From positions 121,818 to 185,817 of the forward strand of contig CAKKPP010000004.1 in NCBI GenBank assembly GCA_919901745.1: DNA of 64,000 nucleotides, given 5' to 3'. Origin of the DNA: Chloroflexota bacterium (lineage in GTDB: Bacteria; Chloroflexota; Limnocylindria; Limnocylindrales; CSP1-4). Positions 9,152-21,950 of this stretch are shown here, piece by piece (the stretch's first letter is position 1; each line of letters begins with the position of its first letter). The notes under the pieces are model-generated. The model was given only the letters and a program-made list of their open reading frames with translations. It searched no databases and was not told the DNA's origin. The position numbers were made by a program, and so were the translations under genes.

Positions 9152-10211
9152 GGATCACTCCGTGGTGGGGACGAGGATCAGGCTTCGGAGGATACCGAAC
9201 CCGGGACGAACGCGGCCGGCTCGCGAACGAACCGGGTCCGGCAGCCGAGACTGCAGAAGGCGTAGATCGTGCCGGCATGTTCCGCAAGATGACGCGCGTG
9301 CGCCGGGTCGACGGTCATCCCGCAGACAGGATCGAGGTACACGACGTCATCGGTTGCGCCGAGGGGCGGCGCCGTGCGGCCCGGCTCGGTCCCGGCCATC
9401 GTCGCGGGTCCAGGGGCCGCCACGAACTCCGCCCGGCCGCGACGCACCTGCACGAGCTCGGCGAGGATCGAGAGCGCGACCTCCTCGGCGGTCTCGGCGC
9501 CGATGTCCATTCCGGCCGGCGCCCGGAGCGCGGCCAATCGGTCATCGGGGATCCGCTCCTCGCTGCGCAGGTACTCGCGAACGACGGCGGCGCGAGTGGG
9601 TGAAGCGACGAGGCCCACGTACGCGGCCTCGCGACGGAGCGCGGCGCTGACCGCCTCCTCGTCCCACTGACCCTGCGTGGCGACCACGACATACGGGACG
9701 ACGCCGGGATCGAGGCGGCGCAGGTTCGTCTCGGCCGACACGCGCTCGGCCGTGGGAAACGCGGAAGGATCCGCGACCGGATCGAACACGGACACGCGAT
9801 ACCCGGCCGCCGCACCCAACGACACGAGGGCCTGCGCGATGGGCGTGGTCCCGGCGATCCACAGGACGGGAGCGGGCAGATGCGGTTCCACGTAGATCTC
9901 CAGTGTCCCGCCGGAGTGGCAGGTCATGACGAGTTCGACAACCCCATCGGCGCGGCGGCCCAGGGACGGCGGGTCCCTGGACAGGCGCAGCAGGCGCGGC
10001 AATCCATCGCCCAGCGCAAGGAGCGCCTCGCGGACGACCACGGGCTGGGCGCACGAGCCCCCGACCCAGCCCTCGATCGTGCCGTCCGGGTGGACGATTC
10101 CGTGCGCCCCCGGGCGCGCCGAGGTGGGCCGCTGCACCGCCACCACCGTGGCGAGCGCGAACGACCGTCCCTCGGCCTCGAGGGCGCCGACGCGGGCGAA
10201 GAGGGAGCGGC

Positions 10212-12599
<2,388 letters not shown>

Positions 12600-12614
12600 C
12601 TCGTCACTCCCCTG

Positions 12615-13124
12615 TCAGCTCGCCGCGGCCGGCTCGGCCGGTGCGGATTCGGCGGCCTGCATCTGCTGGGCAGCCTGCTGGATGGACTTCACGATGTTCA
12701 CGTAGCCGGTGCAGCGACAAAGATTGCCACTGATCCCCTCGCGGATCTCCGCCTCGGAGGGATCCGGGTTCTGCTCGAGGAGCCAGGCCGATTGCATGAT
12801 CATCCCCGGGGTGCAGAAGCCGCACTGGAGGCCGTGCTGGTCCCAGAACGCCTGCTGGAGCGGATGAAGGTCGGCTCCGTTGGCCATCCCTTCGATCGTC
12901 TTGATCGTCGATCCATTGGCCTGGACGGCGAGCATCGTGCACGACTTGGCGCTGACCCCATCGACATGGACGGTGCACGCGCCGCAGTTGCTCGTGTCGC
13001 ATCCCACGTGCGTGCCGGTAAGGCCGAAGTTCTCGCGCAGAAGATGGACGAGGAGCAGGCGCGGTTCCACATCGGCTTCGCGGACCTCGCCGTTGACGGT
13101 GACGCTGACGTGTTGGGTGGTCAT
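12615..13124 (-). CDS. coxS: CO dehydrogenase small (2Fe-2S) subunit
   Basis: [27 protein letters not shown]. Confidence 0.95.
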   Translation of the reverse strand: MTTQHVSVTVNGEVREADVEPRLLLVHLLRENFGLTGTHVGCDTSNCGACTVHVDGVSAKSCTMLAVQANGSTIKTIEGMANGADLHPLQQAFWDQHGLQCGFCTPGMIMQSAWLLEQNPDPSEAEIREGISGNLCRCTGYVNIVKSIQQAAQQMQAAESAPAEPAAAS

Positions 13125-13140
13125 CTCGGTTCGTCCTCCG

Positions 13141-14010
13141 TCAGGCGCCGGCGCGCTGGAGCGCTGCGCGGATGGCTCGGGTGGTCATCTCCGCGACCAT
13201 GGCTCGCTTGTAGTCGGCCGGGCCGTGGCTGTCGGTCACAGGCTTGCTCTGCTTTGAGGCCATGGCAGCCGCCTCCTGGATCACTTCATTGCCCGGTCTG
13301 GCGTCCGTGAGGACCTTTTCGGCCTCGGTGGCGGCGAACGGTGCATCGGCGACTGCCGTCAAACCAATCCCGATGGAGGCGATCCGGCCGTCGTCGCTCA
13401 GCGCAAGCTGGACGGCGACGCCCACTGTCGAGAAGTCGCCGGCACGTCGCTCGAGCTTCTTGTACGCCCCGCCGCCGTTCCGTGCCGGGTGCGGGATCCG
13501 CACCTCGGTCAGCACCTCGGTCGGCTCGATCTGGGTGACGAAAGTGTCGAGGAAGAAGCCGCGCACGGGCATGACCCGCTCGCCGCCGGCACTGCGCAGG
13601 ACGACCGACGCGCCGAGCGCGAGAAGCACCGCCGGCCAATCCGACGATGGATCTGCGTGGGCGACCGATCCACCGATGGTGCCCCAGTTGCGGACCTGCG
13701 GATCGCCGATGCCGACGGCCGCCTCGCGCATGATCGGGAGCGACCGGGCGAGGCCCTCGTCCTCCTGGATCCGTTTGTGGGTCACGCGACCACCGATCCG
13801 GATGTCATCGTCGGTGTGGACGATGCCGTCGAGCCCGCCGACATCGCGGAGGTCGACCAGCAACTCGGGTTGCGCGAGCCTCAGTTTGAGGAGGGGCAGG
13901 AGGCTGTAGCCCCCCGACAACAGCTTGGCCTCTCCCTGGCGATCCCGCAGGATCCCCAGGACCTCGTCGAGATCCGCCGGCCTGACGTAGTCGAATGCCG
14001 CTGGGATCAC
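13141..14010 (-). CDS. coxM: CO dehydrogenase medium FAD-binding subunit
   Basis: MIPAAFDY start (GTG 14010 after GAGGAGG), [31 protein letters not shown]. Confidence 0.93.
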   Translation of the reverse strand: MIPAAFDYVRPADLDEVLGILRDRQGEAKLLSGGYSLLPLLKLRLAQPELLVDLRDVGGLDGIVHTDDDIRIGGRVTHKRIQEDEGLARSLPIMREAAVGIGDPQVRNWGTIGGSVAHADPSSDWPAVLLALGASVVLRSAGGERVMPVRGFFLDTFVTQIEPTEVLTEVRIPHPARNGGGAYKKLERRAGDFSTVGVAVQLALSDDGRIASIGIGLTAVADAPFAATEAEKVLTDARPGNEVIQEAAAMASKQSKPVTDSHGPADYKRAMVAEMTTRAIRAALQRAGA

Positions 14011-14166
14011 GCGCGCGCCTCCTCTCAAGTTCGAGCGAGAGCGGCGACTGGCACGCCCAGTGCGGCCAGCGCAACTCATGACGGGGGGCAGTCTCGGGGC
14101 CGACGGCCAGGGTCGCGAATCGGGCGACACGGCTGACGATCTCGGGGCTTTGCAGGGTACCCGACG

Positions 14167-14195
14167 AGGATAGGCCGAGGTCGTTTCGGCGTCAA
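14167..14195 (-). promoter_or_regulatory. Sigma70-type promoter for form I coxMSL
   Basis: Minus strand TTGACG-N17-TATCCT, about 150 nt upstream of coxM. Confidence 0.65.
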
Positions 14196-14291
14196 CGAGT
14201 AAGAGCCACTGGAGGTCCATACGTATCGATCGGCGTGCCGGATCTGGCGCTCGGTGCGGATCGACGGCCGAAGGGCTCGGGATGCGCGGCA

Positions 14292-14327
14292 ACGCGCCCG
14301 GGTCCGCTGCAACGGGCCCGGGCGCGT
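14292..14327 (-). terminator. Strong hairpin, probable terminator after the 14356 gene
   Basis: ACGCGCCCGGGTCCG / CGGGCCCGGGCGCGT, a 15-bp stem with one imperfect pair; weak U tail. Confidence 0.5.
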
Positions 14328-14355
14328 CCCCCTGGAAGGAGAGATCGTGGAGCCG

Positions 14356-15132
14356 TCAGTTGCGAAGGGCGCGCAGCGCGTCAATGACGGCCTTCGCATC
14401 GGCGCGAGCCGCGCGGAGTTCCTCGCGCGCCTGTCGAAGGTCGCGACGCGCCTCGTCCAGGATCGGCTTGGCCGTGCCGTCGTTCCAATCGGCCGGCGTG
14501 AGCTCGAGGACCTTGTCGGCGAGGCCATCGACCAGCTTCTCGGCCGCGGCCACGTGCCGGTTCATCGAAGCGAGGGCTTCCTCGGCCGTCGCCGTATCGT
14601 GGCCGGCAGCCTTCGCCCGCTCGATGTAGCCGGTCGCCTTCTCGTCGAAGGCGTCGAAGCGCCGGCCGATCGCGATCACGGCATCCGCCGCGTTCGTGAG
14701 GTGGGCCTGCGGGATCACGAGCACGTAGACCCGGAAGTCGTGAGCGATCCGGCGGAGGTCCGCGGTGAGCTCGGCGAGATCGGTGTCACCGTGGATCTCG
14801 GCACGGAGCGCGCGGAGGCCCTGCGTGGTGCTGTCGATGATCCGCAGGACCGTGGTCTGGTGACCGTCCGTCATCACGACCGAGGCAACCACGCGAGCCC
14901 GGACCGTGCCGAGATCGTCGATCCGGCGATCGATCTCGCAGTCGCCGAGAGCAATCCCTTCGGCGATCGTCGGATCGTTGCTGAAGGCACGCCACGCCTC
15001 GGCGCAGCGACCCTCGCGTGCGGCGGTCTGGCCACGCGCCGGCTCCTCGGCGGCCAGCGTCGGGACGGCGCTCGCCGCGAGGACGAGGCCGGCGAGGGCG
15101 ATTGACAGGATGCGGCTGAAATGTCGGTTCAT
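14356..15132 (-). CDS. Secreted alpha-helical (coiled-coil) hypothetical protein
   Basis: Signal peptide MNRHFSRILSIALAGLVLAASAVPTLA; Ala/Arg/Glu-rich helices; ATGA overlap with the upstream gene. Confidence 0.8.
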   Translation of the reverse strand: MNRHFSRILSIALAGLVLAASAVPTLAAEEPARGQTAAREGRCAEAWRAFSNDPTIAEGIALGDCEIDRRIDDLGTVRARVVASVVMTDGHQTTVLRIIDSTTQGLRALRAEIHGDTDLAELTADLRRIAHDFRVYVLVIPQAHLTNAADAVIAIGRRFDAFDEKATGYIERAKAAGHDTATAEEALASMNRHVAAAEKLVDGLADKVLELTPADWNDGTAKPILDEARRDLRQAREELRAARADAKAVIDALRALRN

Positions 15133-15560
15133 GGCAGGTTCCCTTCCGAGCCGGGTTCGCCGGCTCCAAGTGCGCTGTCGAGGGTGGACAGGGTGGCGTC
15201 GAGATCGGCGAATGAGCCGGCATCGAATGGGGGCAGCGGCCCGGGCGTGGGCGCGGCGGATGCCCCACCGGCCGGAGCCGGAGTTCCCGCCGTGCCGGAC
15301 ACTGCGGCGGCGCTCCCGCTGCCGGCACCCGGGCCGGCATCGATCGAATCCAGTTCGGATCCGGCCAGCCACGCGTCGAGTTCGGCCGCCAGGTCCTCAT
15401 CGGCGGCAGCGTCGACTGGACCTGAACCCGTGGGTGTGGGATCGGCGTCGGAGGCGGCCCCTGCGCCGCGGTTGGTTCGGTCGAGCCCGCCACAGCCCAC
15501 GACGGCCACGGCGAGGAGCGCCGTGCCCGCGAACCGGAGCATCGACCCGGTAACGGTCAT
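15129..15560 (-). CDS. Putative lipoprotein, low complexity
   Basis: AAGGGAG RBS; hydrophobic stretch ending in lipobox-like VVGC; Ala/Gly/Pro/Asp-rich body. Confidence 0.7.
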   Translation of the reverse strand: MTVTGSMLRFAGTALLAVAVVGCGGLDRTNRGAGAASDADPTPTGSGPVDAAADEDLAAELDAWLAGSELDSIDAGPGAGSGSAAAVSGTAGTPAPAGGASAAPTPGPLPPFDAGSFADLDATLSTLDSALGAGEPGSEGNLP

Positions 15561-15673
15561 CTTCGTGTTCTCCCTTGCGGTTCGATGGACCCATCGATCC
15601 GGAGATCGGCCGGCTCGACATCGCTACCGTGCCGGAGGGACCCGATGGGCTCCACCACCGGGACACGGGGAGA

Positions 15674-15691
15674 TGTAAGGGCTCGGTAAGC
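15674..15691 (-). promoter_or_regulatory. 11-bp-period direct repeat, OmpR-family-type site
   Basis: Minus strand GCTTACC-gagc-CCTTACA; same geometry as 31847-31864. Confidence 0.45.
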
Positions 15692-15839
15692 TCGCCGGGG
15701 GGTTGGGAGGCTTCCCGACGGGTCGGGTACATCGCGGTGCGGTCGCCGGCGCCGGGCCGGCGTCCAGCACCCGGCCGCCATCGACGGAGGCGATTCCGAA
15801 GGGCCGGACCTCAAAGGTTCCGGACGTTGACTCCCGGGG

Positions 15840-17312
15840 TCAGGACTGGACGTGCGGCTCCCACGTCACGACGCCGACGGCCATCGGGAGCACGCCGCGC
15901 AGCGAAACGGTGCCGTCGGCGCCCGAGTCGAGCAGTTCGTCGACGGCCGACTCGAAGCGCCGTGCCTTCGGGCCCTCGATGTCGATCCAGAGCTGCCGGA
16001 GGAGGAACCCTTCGAGTTCGCTCCGCGATGCGAAACGACGCGCCTCGCGCTCCATCATGCGAACCTGCGGGTCGCGTCCCCGGGCTCGCAGGAGCTCCAC
16101 GAAGTCCGGGAGCGCGGGAAGCGGGATCCGGGCCTCGCCATGGACGAGCGGCCAGCACGGATCGGCGAGTGATGCCGGCTGGCGCTCCATCAGGATCGCC
16201 ACGCACAGGCGCCTCGCGGCTGCCTCCATGGCATCGATGAACGGGCCGATGGCCTCGACGTCGTACGAGACGTGGGCGATGAGCGAGACGTCCACGGCCG
16301 GGAGGGGACCGATCGCCGCGGCGAGCGCATCGCCCGGGGCCGGTGGCCAGCGGCCTTCGACAACCTCGATATTCGCGATGCCGTACTCCGCCATGCCTTC
16401 GCCGAGTGCCCCGAGCATCCCACGCGACGGATCGACGGCGATCACCCGCCGGACCCGAAGCGCCAGGGGCAGGGCATAGCGACCCGCCCCGGCGCCGATG
16501 TCGAGCCAGGTTTCGTCGGATTCAGCGAGCTCGACGAGGGCGACGAGGACGCTCTCATCCGTCCGACGCGGATCGGCCCGGAACAGACCGGTGACCGGCG
16601 CGTAGAAGTCCGCGCCGTCGGGCCTCTCACGGAGACGGTCCACCTGGCCCCGGTTGGCCCGGACGCGATCGGCCCATGCCCGCTCGGCGAGGGTCGCCAG
16701 ATCGGCGCGAGCGTCGATGTCGGGGTTGTCGCCGTCCACGGGGACCTCGTGGACGACGTCCGGGTGCGCCTCGAGGACGGGTCCGAGCCCGCGATCGCCG
16801 GCTGTCTCGTCGATCAGGCGGAACGCCTCGCGACCCAGCAGCACCGGGTTCCGGCCACGGTCGTTTGCATAGCGCGGCACGACGACGGGCCGCTCCGGAT
16901 CGCGCGTCGCATTGACGAGCGCACGGATCGTCGCCGGCGAGATGAGCGGTTGATCGCCGAGCGCCACGAGGATCGCGTCGGGGGTTGGGCTCCCATCCGT
17001 CCCCGCCTCCGCCTTGGCGGCCCGAGCCAGCGCTGCGAATCCGATCCGGAGCGAGCTCGCGAGTCCCGCCGCCGGGTCGGGGTTTCGAATGCGCCGCTCG
17101 GCGCGCCACTCGATGCCGCCTTCGATGCGCTCCGCATCCGTACCCAGGACGACGACGACGTCCGCGATCCCCGCCTCGGCGATCGCATCGAGCACGTGCT
17201 GGAGGATCCGCCGGCCGCCGACGGCCGCGAGGAGCTTCCCGCCCCCGAATCGCGAACCCGCGCCCGCCGCCAGGACGACGGCCGCGAGACGTCCGCCGGC
17301 CGGCTCAGCCAC
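15840..17312 (-). CDS. MocA-like Moco cytidylyltransferase fused to a class I SAM methyltransferase
   Basis: N-terminal VVLAAGAGSRFGGGKLL, LGDQP, GRNPVL, DID; C-terminal WLDIGAGAGRY, AVDPSRGML; one continuous frame. Confidence 0.85.
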   Translation of the reverse strand: MAEPAGGRLAAVVLAAGAGSRFGGGKLLAAVGGRRILQHVLDAIAEAGIADVVVVLGTDAERIEGGIEWRAERRIRNPDPAAGLASSLRIGFAALARAAKAEAGTDGSPTPDAILVALGDQPLISPATIRALVNATRDPERPVVVPRYANDRGRNPVLLGREAFRLIDETAGDRGLGPVLEAHPDVVHEVPVDGDNPDIDARADLATLAERAWADRVRANRGQVDRLRERPDGADFYAPVTGLFRADPRRTDESVLVALVELAESDETWLDIGAGAGRYALPLALRVRRVIAVDPSRGMLGALGEGMAEYGIANIEVVEGRWPPAPGDALAAAIGPLPAVDVSLIAHVSYDVEAIGPFIDAMEAAARRLCVAILMERQPASLADPCWPLVHGEARIPLPALPDFVELLRARGRDPQVRMMEREARRFASRSELEGFLLRQLWIDIEGPKARRFESAVDELLDSGADGTVSLRGVLPMAVGVVTWEPHVQS

Positions 17313-18450
17313 CTGCGATCCGCGTGGCCTCATCCGTGACGCGAGTCGCGGCTGCCGCGCGGGTCCGCATCGGGGCACCGCTGCCCCCATAGCGGGTGGC
17401 AACGATCTCGGCCATGACCGCGAGCGCGGTCTCGGCCGGGGCGCGACCGCCGAGGTCCAGGCCCACCGGCCCACGCAACCGGGCGAGGTCGTCCGCCCCC
17501 ACCCCGGCCGCACGGAGTCGCTCGTGCCGATCCGACTGCGTCTTGCGCGAGCCGACCGCGCCCACGTAGCGACATCCGCGGCGAAGCGCCTCGGTGATCG
17601 CCGGCTCGTCAAACTTCACGTCGTGGCTCAGGACGGCGACCGCGTCGTTCGGACCCAGGCCGATCTCGTCGGCAACCTCGTCGGGCCAGCCGACGACCAG
17701 CCGGTCTGCAGTCGGGAAGCGATCCGGAGTGATGAACGCCGCGCGGCCATCGACGACCACCGTCTCGTAGCCCAGTTCGCCGGCCAGGCGAACGAGCGAG
17801 CGAGCGACCTCGACGGCACCCACGATGACGAGCCGCGGCCGGACCGGAAAAGCTTCCAGGAACAGCGAGGCACCCCCCAGCTCGATGGTTCGCGAGATCC
17901 CGCGCAACAGGGCGTCCTCGGATGCCTTGAGGAGCGCCTGGTCCAGTTCGTCCGAGCCCAGGGTCTCCGACGCGTCTCCGCCGTCGCTGATCATGATCGG
18001 GGGCGCCGGGGGCGCTCCCTCGCCCGGTGGGTGGGCGCCGAACGCAGGGGGTGGCGAATCGGACGGCAGCGGAATCGCGACCACGGCGCCGTGGCCGTCC
18101 CGCTCGATCGATGTCATCGCGGCCGCAACGGCCTCGGCCGGCACCAGAGGCTGGATGAGGACGTCGATCGTGCCACCACAGGCCAGGCCGACGTCCCAGG
18201 CCTCCTCGTCGCTGATCCCGTAGCGGACGACGCGAGCATGCCCGGTCTTGCGAGCTCGCTCGATCTCTTCGGCCGCGGCCCCCTCCACGCAGCCGCCACT
18301 CACCGACCCGGCGATCCGCCCATCGTCGGCTCGGAGCAGGACCGCCCCCTCCGGGCGCGGTGCCGATCCGAACGTCCGAACAACGACGGCCCGCCCGATC
18401 CCGATGCCTTCGGCCTGCCACGCAGCCAGCGTGTCGAGCAGCTCCTTCAT
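17305..18450 (-). CDS. XdhC/CoxI family Moco chaperone
   Basis: GSAPRPEGA, GSVSGGCVE, GLACGG, YVGAVGSR, PVGLDLGG. Confidence 0.92.
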   Translation of the reverse strand: MKELLDTLAAWQAEGIGIGRAVVVRTFGSAPRPEGAVLLRADDGRIAGSVSGGCVEGAAAEEIERARKTGHARVVRYGISDEEAWDVGLACGGTIDVLIQPLVPAEAVAAAMTSIERDGHGAVVAIPLPSDSPPPAFGAHPPGEGAPPAPPIMISDGGDASETLGSDELDQALLKASEDALLRGISRTIELGGASLFLEAFPVRPRLVIVGAVEVARSLVRLAGELGYETVVVDGRAAFITPDRFPTADRLVVGWPDEVADEIGLGPNDAVAVLSHDVKFDEPAITEALRRGCRYVGAVGSRKTQSDRHERLRAAGVGADDLARLRGPVGLDLGGRAPAETALAVMAEIVATRYGGSGAPMRTRAAAATRVTDEATRIAGG

Positions 18451-19865
18451 GACGTCATGCTACGCCCGGGCGCTCCGAGCAGGCGACGCGCTGCCGCGGG
18501 ATCCGTGGTGGGCGCCATCGGCTCGGGTCGGCCCTGGAAGCCAGGCACCTCGACGGCCGACCCGGCCAGATGTGGCATCGCGTGGGCGGCGATCTCGGCG
18601 TGGCGACCCGTGTCCTGGGTGCGGACACCCGCGAGGATCTGCCCGAGGCGCTCCAGGCTGGCGACCGTGCCCGCCGGCAGGAAGTCGTCGATGAACGGGT
18701 AGGCGGCCTTCATCCCGGCGGCCAGCGGTTGGTACCCGAACGTCCCCGCAAGCGGGTTCAGCCAGACCAGGCGATGACAGTTGCGCCGGAGGCGGGCCGT
18801 TTCCTCGGCCACGAGCGCCGGATCGCCGCGGTCCCAGCCGTCGGAGATGACGATGACCACGCCGCTCGTCCGGAGCGAGCGCCGCGCCCAGCGCAGGTTG
18901 AACTCGCGAAAGGATTCACCGATCCGCGTGCCGCCGGCCCAGTCGTTCACGGCGTCGGCCACGCGGGCAAGGGCACGGTCGCGGTCGCGGTCGCGCAGGA
19001 GGCGCGTGACGCGCGTGAGCCGCGTCCCGAAGACGAAGGCCTCGGTCTTGACGTCGCTCGAGGCGGCGAGCGCCTGGATGAACCGGAGCAGCAGGCGCGA
19101 GTGACGCTCCATCGAACCCGAGATGTCGCAGATCACGACGATCGGGCGCGGCCGGCGGACCGGGCGGCGCCAGACCCAGTCCAGCATCTGGCCCCCCGTC
19201 GACATGTTGCGGCGGAACATCGCTCGCGGGGCGAGGCGGCGGCCGTGGGGATGGAGTTCGTAGCGTCGGGTGCGGCGTAGCTCGAGGCGTGGGGTCAGGA
19301 GATCCACGAGTCGTTCGGCGTCGCGAACTTCGGCCGGGGTCATCCGATCGAACTCGCGGTGGCGGATGACCTCGGTGGCGCTGAAGGCGTCGGGCGCGAT
19401 CGTGACCCCGTCGACCGCTTCCTCGTCGGTCGCGTCCTCGTCATCCTTCGACGCCAGCGGCTGTCCGACGTCGGCCCGTGCCTTGACGGCCTCGTCGCCG
19501 ACCCCGGGTTCGTTCTCGCCGTCCTCCCCCGCCTCCAGGTCGGCATCCGTCTTCTCGGGGCGCGTCGCCACGGGTGGTTCGCCCGGCCAGGACCCGCGCC
19601 GGCGCCAGTAGCGATCGAAGATCAGGTCGTAGGTGGGTCGATCGTCCCGTCGGCGGATGAACACGGCCGCGCCGGCCGCCTTGACCTGCGCGCGATCGCC
19701 CAGATCGATGACCTCCAGAGCCCGCGCGAAGTCCTGCGCGGCGCCCAGGTCCGTCGACAGCCCGGCGCGCCGGAGCGCCCGCCCGAACCCGACCGCCTGG
19801 CGGAGCATCCGCCGCCCGTCGATCTCCTCACCGCGCGGCGTCCGGGCGAATGCCGGATCGGTCAC
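18447..19865 (-). CDS. coxE: CoxE-like VWA domain protein
   Basis: MIDAS DISGSM, FVFGTRLTR, WAGGTRIG, ISDGWD, WLNPL. Confidence 0.9.
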   Translation of the reverse strand: MTDPAFARTPRGEEIDGRRMLRQAVGFGRALRRAGLSTDLGAAQDFARALEVIDLGDRAQVKAAGAAVFIRRRDDRPTYDLIFDRYWRRRGSWPGEPPVATRPEKTDADLEAGEDGENEPGVGDEAVKARADVGQPLASKDDEDATDEEAVDGVTIAPDAFSATEVIRHREFDRMTPAEVRDAERLVDLLTPRLELRRTRRYELHPHGRRLAPRAMFRRNMSTGGQMLDWVWRRPVRRPRPIVVICDISGSMERHSRLLLRFIQALAASSDVKTEAFVFGTRLTRVTRLLRDRDRDRALARVADAVNDWAGGTRIGESFREFNLRWARRSLRTSGVVIVISDGWDRGDPALVAEETARLRRNCHRLVWLNPLAGTFGYQPLAAGMKAAYPFIDDFLPAGTVASLERLGQILAGVRTQDTGRHAEIAAHAMPHLAGSAVEVPGFQGRPEPMAPTTDPAAARRLLGAPGRSMTS

Positions 19866-19921
19866 TGGACGGTCATCGTCGCGGCCGGGTCGTCGTGCCG
19901 CCGCTGTTCATGCGCAGATGC

Positions 19922-20848
19922 TCAGCGCTGGGCCGACGTCTCAGCGAGATAGCGGCGCGCGTTCGTCCCGCGCACGCCCCGGACGTCTTCCTCGTACTTG
20001 AGCACGACGCCGAGCGTCTCGTCGACCATCTCGGGCGTCAGTTCCTTCGCCCCGAGAGCGAGGAGGGCAGCGGCCCAATCGAGGGTCTCGGCGATCCCCG
20101 GCACCTTCGTGAGGTCGGCCTCGCGCAGACGATGGACGAATGAGACGACGGCGCGGGCGAGCGACTCGGGGGCGTTCGGAACGCGGGCGAGGACGATCTC
20201 GAACTCCTTGTCCGCCGAGGGGTAGTCGATCCAGTGGTACAGGCATCGCCGCTTCAGCGCGTCGTGGACCTCGCGCGTCCGGTTCGAGGTGAGGATCACT
20301 CGTGGCGGCCGCACCGCCCGGATCGTGCCGATCTCGGGGACGGTGACCTGGTAGTCGGACAGGATCTCGAGGAGGTACGCCTCGAACTCCTCGTCGGCGC
20401 GATCGATCTCGTCGATGAGCAGGACGGGCGGCTCGCCTTCGGTCCCGTCGGTCCCGTTCGCCTCGAGCGCCTGCAGGAGCGGACGCTTGATCAGGAAGTC
20501 CGGACCGAAGATGTCGTGGGCGGTGGCGTGGTCGGCCGCCCCGCGCGCCTCCATGAGCCGGATCTCGAGCATCTGGCGCGGATAGTTCCACTCGTAGACG
20601 GCGTTGTTGACGTCGAGCCCCTCGTAGCACTGGAGCCGGATGAGCCTCGTCCCGAGGCTCGCCGCGAGGACCTTGGCCAGTTCGGTCTTGCCGACGCCCG
20701 CCTCGCCCTCGAGGAGCAGCGGCTTGTCGAGCCGCAGCGAGAGGAAGACCGATGTTGCAAGCGCCCGGTCGGCGATGTAATCGCGCTCGCGGAACGCGGC
20801 CGTGATCGCGGCGGCGGAGTCCAGATCGGCCGGGACGTTCGTGGTCAT
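19922..20848 (-). CDS. coxD: CoxD / MoxR-type AAA+ ATPase
   Basis: LLLEGEAGVGKT, RLQCYEGLD, LLIDEIDRAD, TSNRTREVHDALKRRC. Confidence 0.93.
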   Translation of the reverse strand: MTTNVPADLDSAAAITAAFRERDYIADRALATSVFLSLRLDKPLLLEGEAGVGKTELAKVLAASLGTRLIRLQCYEGLDVNNAVYEWNYPRQMLEIRLMEARGAADHATAHDIFGPDFLIKRPLLQALEANGTDGTEGEPPVLLIDEIDRADEEFEAYLLEILSDYQVTVPEIGTIRAVRPPRVILTSNRTREVHDALKRRCLYHWIDYPSADKEFEIVLARVPNAPESLARAVVSFVHRLREADLTKVPGIAETLDWAAALLALGAKELTPEMVDETLGVVLKYEEDVRGVRGTNARRYLAETSAQR

Positions 20849-20877
20849 CAGGGCGCGAGTCTACCGCGTGGCATCGA

Positions 20878-21927
20878 TCATCCGTCCGGAGCGTCCAGCT
20901 CACGGGCGTAGGCTGGGAAACGGAACCGCTGCTCGCGGGTGAGCAGACCGCCATGTCCGAGGCCGGACACGAGGCGCGGGCCGGGGCGTTCGCCGGTCAG
21001 GAGACGCGGCAGGACGAGGTCCGCCGCGGTGGCTTTCGAATAGGCGCCGCAGGTCGGCAGGCCCAGGACGGCGACCCGGCCGATCCGCCCGAGCCACAGC
21101 ATGGAACCGGGGTGCGCCGGCACGCCACGGCGGACGACGCTCCCACCGAGCTCCTCGACCGCGCCGTAGAACGGGTCCGCCGGGTCGGTACTGCCGCCGC
21201 CCGCGGTGAGGATCACGTCGGCCCGATCCCGACCCGACGCGAGCTCCCGCATCGCGCCACCAACCGCCGCGTCATCAGGTGCATACGTGATCCCGATCAG
21301 CGTGGAGCCGAGCCCCTCCACCTTGTCGGCGACGCTCGCCTCGAAGCGCTCGCGGGCCACGGAGTGGATCGCCTCGCGGACGACGACCCCCACCCGGCGC
21401 GGAACGAACGGCGCGACCCGGACGATCGGGCGCCGGCCGAAGCCGGCCTGGCGGCGCCCGGCCTCCACGACTGCCTCGTCGACGACATGCGGCGCGACCT
21501 TGACGCTCGCGACGAGCTGTCCGGCCTTGACCACGGACCCGTCGAACGCGGTGAACACCTCGAGGGGGTCGATCCGGTTGATGCGCTCCAGGGCGGCCGT
21601 TCGGACGTGGAGCACGCCGTCCACCGCGGCGACGAGGTCCACCCGACTTTGTGCGGGACCACGGGTCGTCAGCCCCTCGCCGGCGACGGCGTCGGCCAGC
21701 GACATTGCTGCATCGTCCTCGTGGACGTCACCTTGTTCCAGGACGAGGACGGTGACGCCGCCATCTCCCAGCGCGGCGGGATCGGTCGCCAAGGCGCGAA
21801 GATCCTCCAGCGAAAGGCGCCGCCCCTTCGGCATGCGCACTCCACCCGCGACGAGGTCGCGGGTCAGGACCGACCCCTCGAGTGAGGCCGGCGGATGCGC
21901 GCCGGGCAGGATCCGCTCGACGCGCAC
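20878..21927 (-). CDS. Molybdopterin-binding protein (MoeA/MogA-like)
   Basis: Likely GTG 21927 (MRVERI); GDVHEDDAA, GGGSTDPAD, GVPAHPGSMLWLG, LGLPTCG. Confidence 0.75.
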   Translation of the reverse strand: MRVERILPGAHPPASLEGSVLTRDLVAGGVRMPKGRRLSLEDLRALATDPAALGDGGVTVLVLEQGDVHEDDAAMSLADAVAGEGLTTRGPAQSRVDLVAAVDGVLHVRTAALERINRIDPLEVFTAFDGSVVKAGQLVASVKVAPHVVDEAVVEAGRRQAGFGRRPIVRVAPFVPRRVGVVVREAIHSVARERFEASVADKVEGLGSTLIGITYAPDDAAVGGAMRELASGRDRADVILTAGGGSTDPADPFYGAVEELGGSVVRRGVPAHPGSMLWLGRIGRVAVLGLPTCGAYSKATAADLVLPRLLTGERPGPRLVSGLGHGGLLTREQRFRFPAYARELDAPDG

Positions 21928-21950
21928 GCGCGTTGCCGCCGCAGGGCGGG

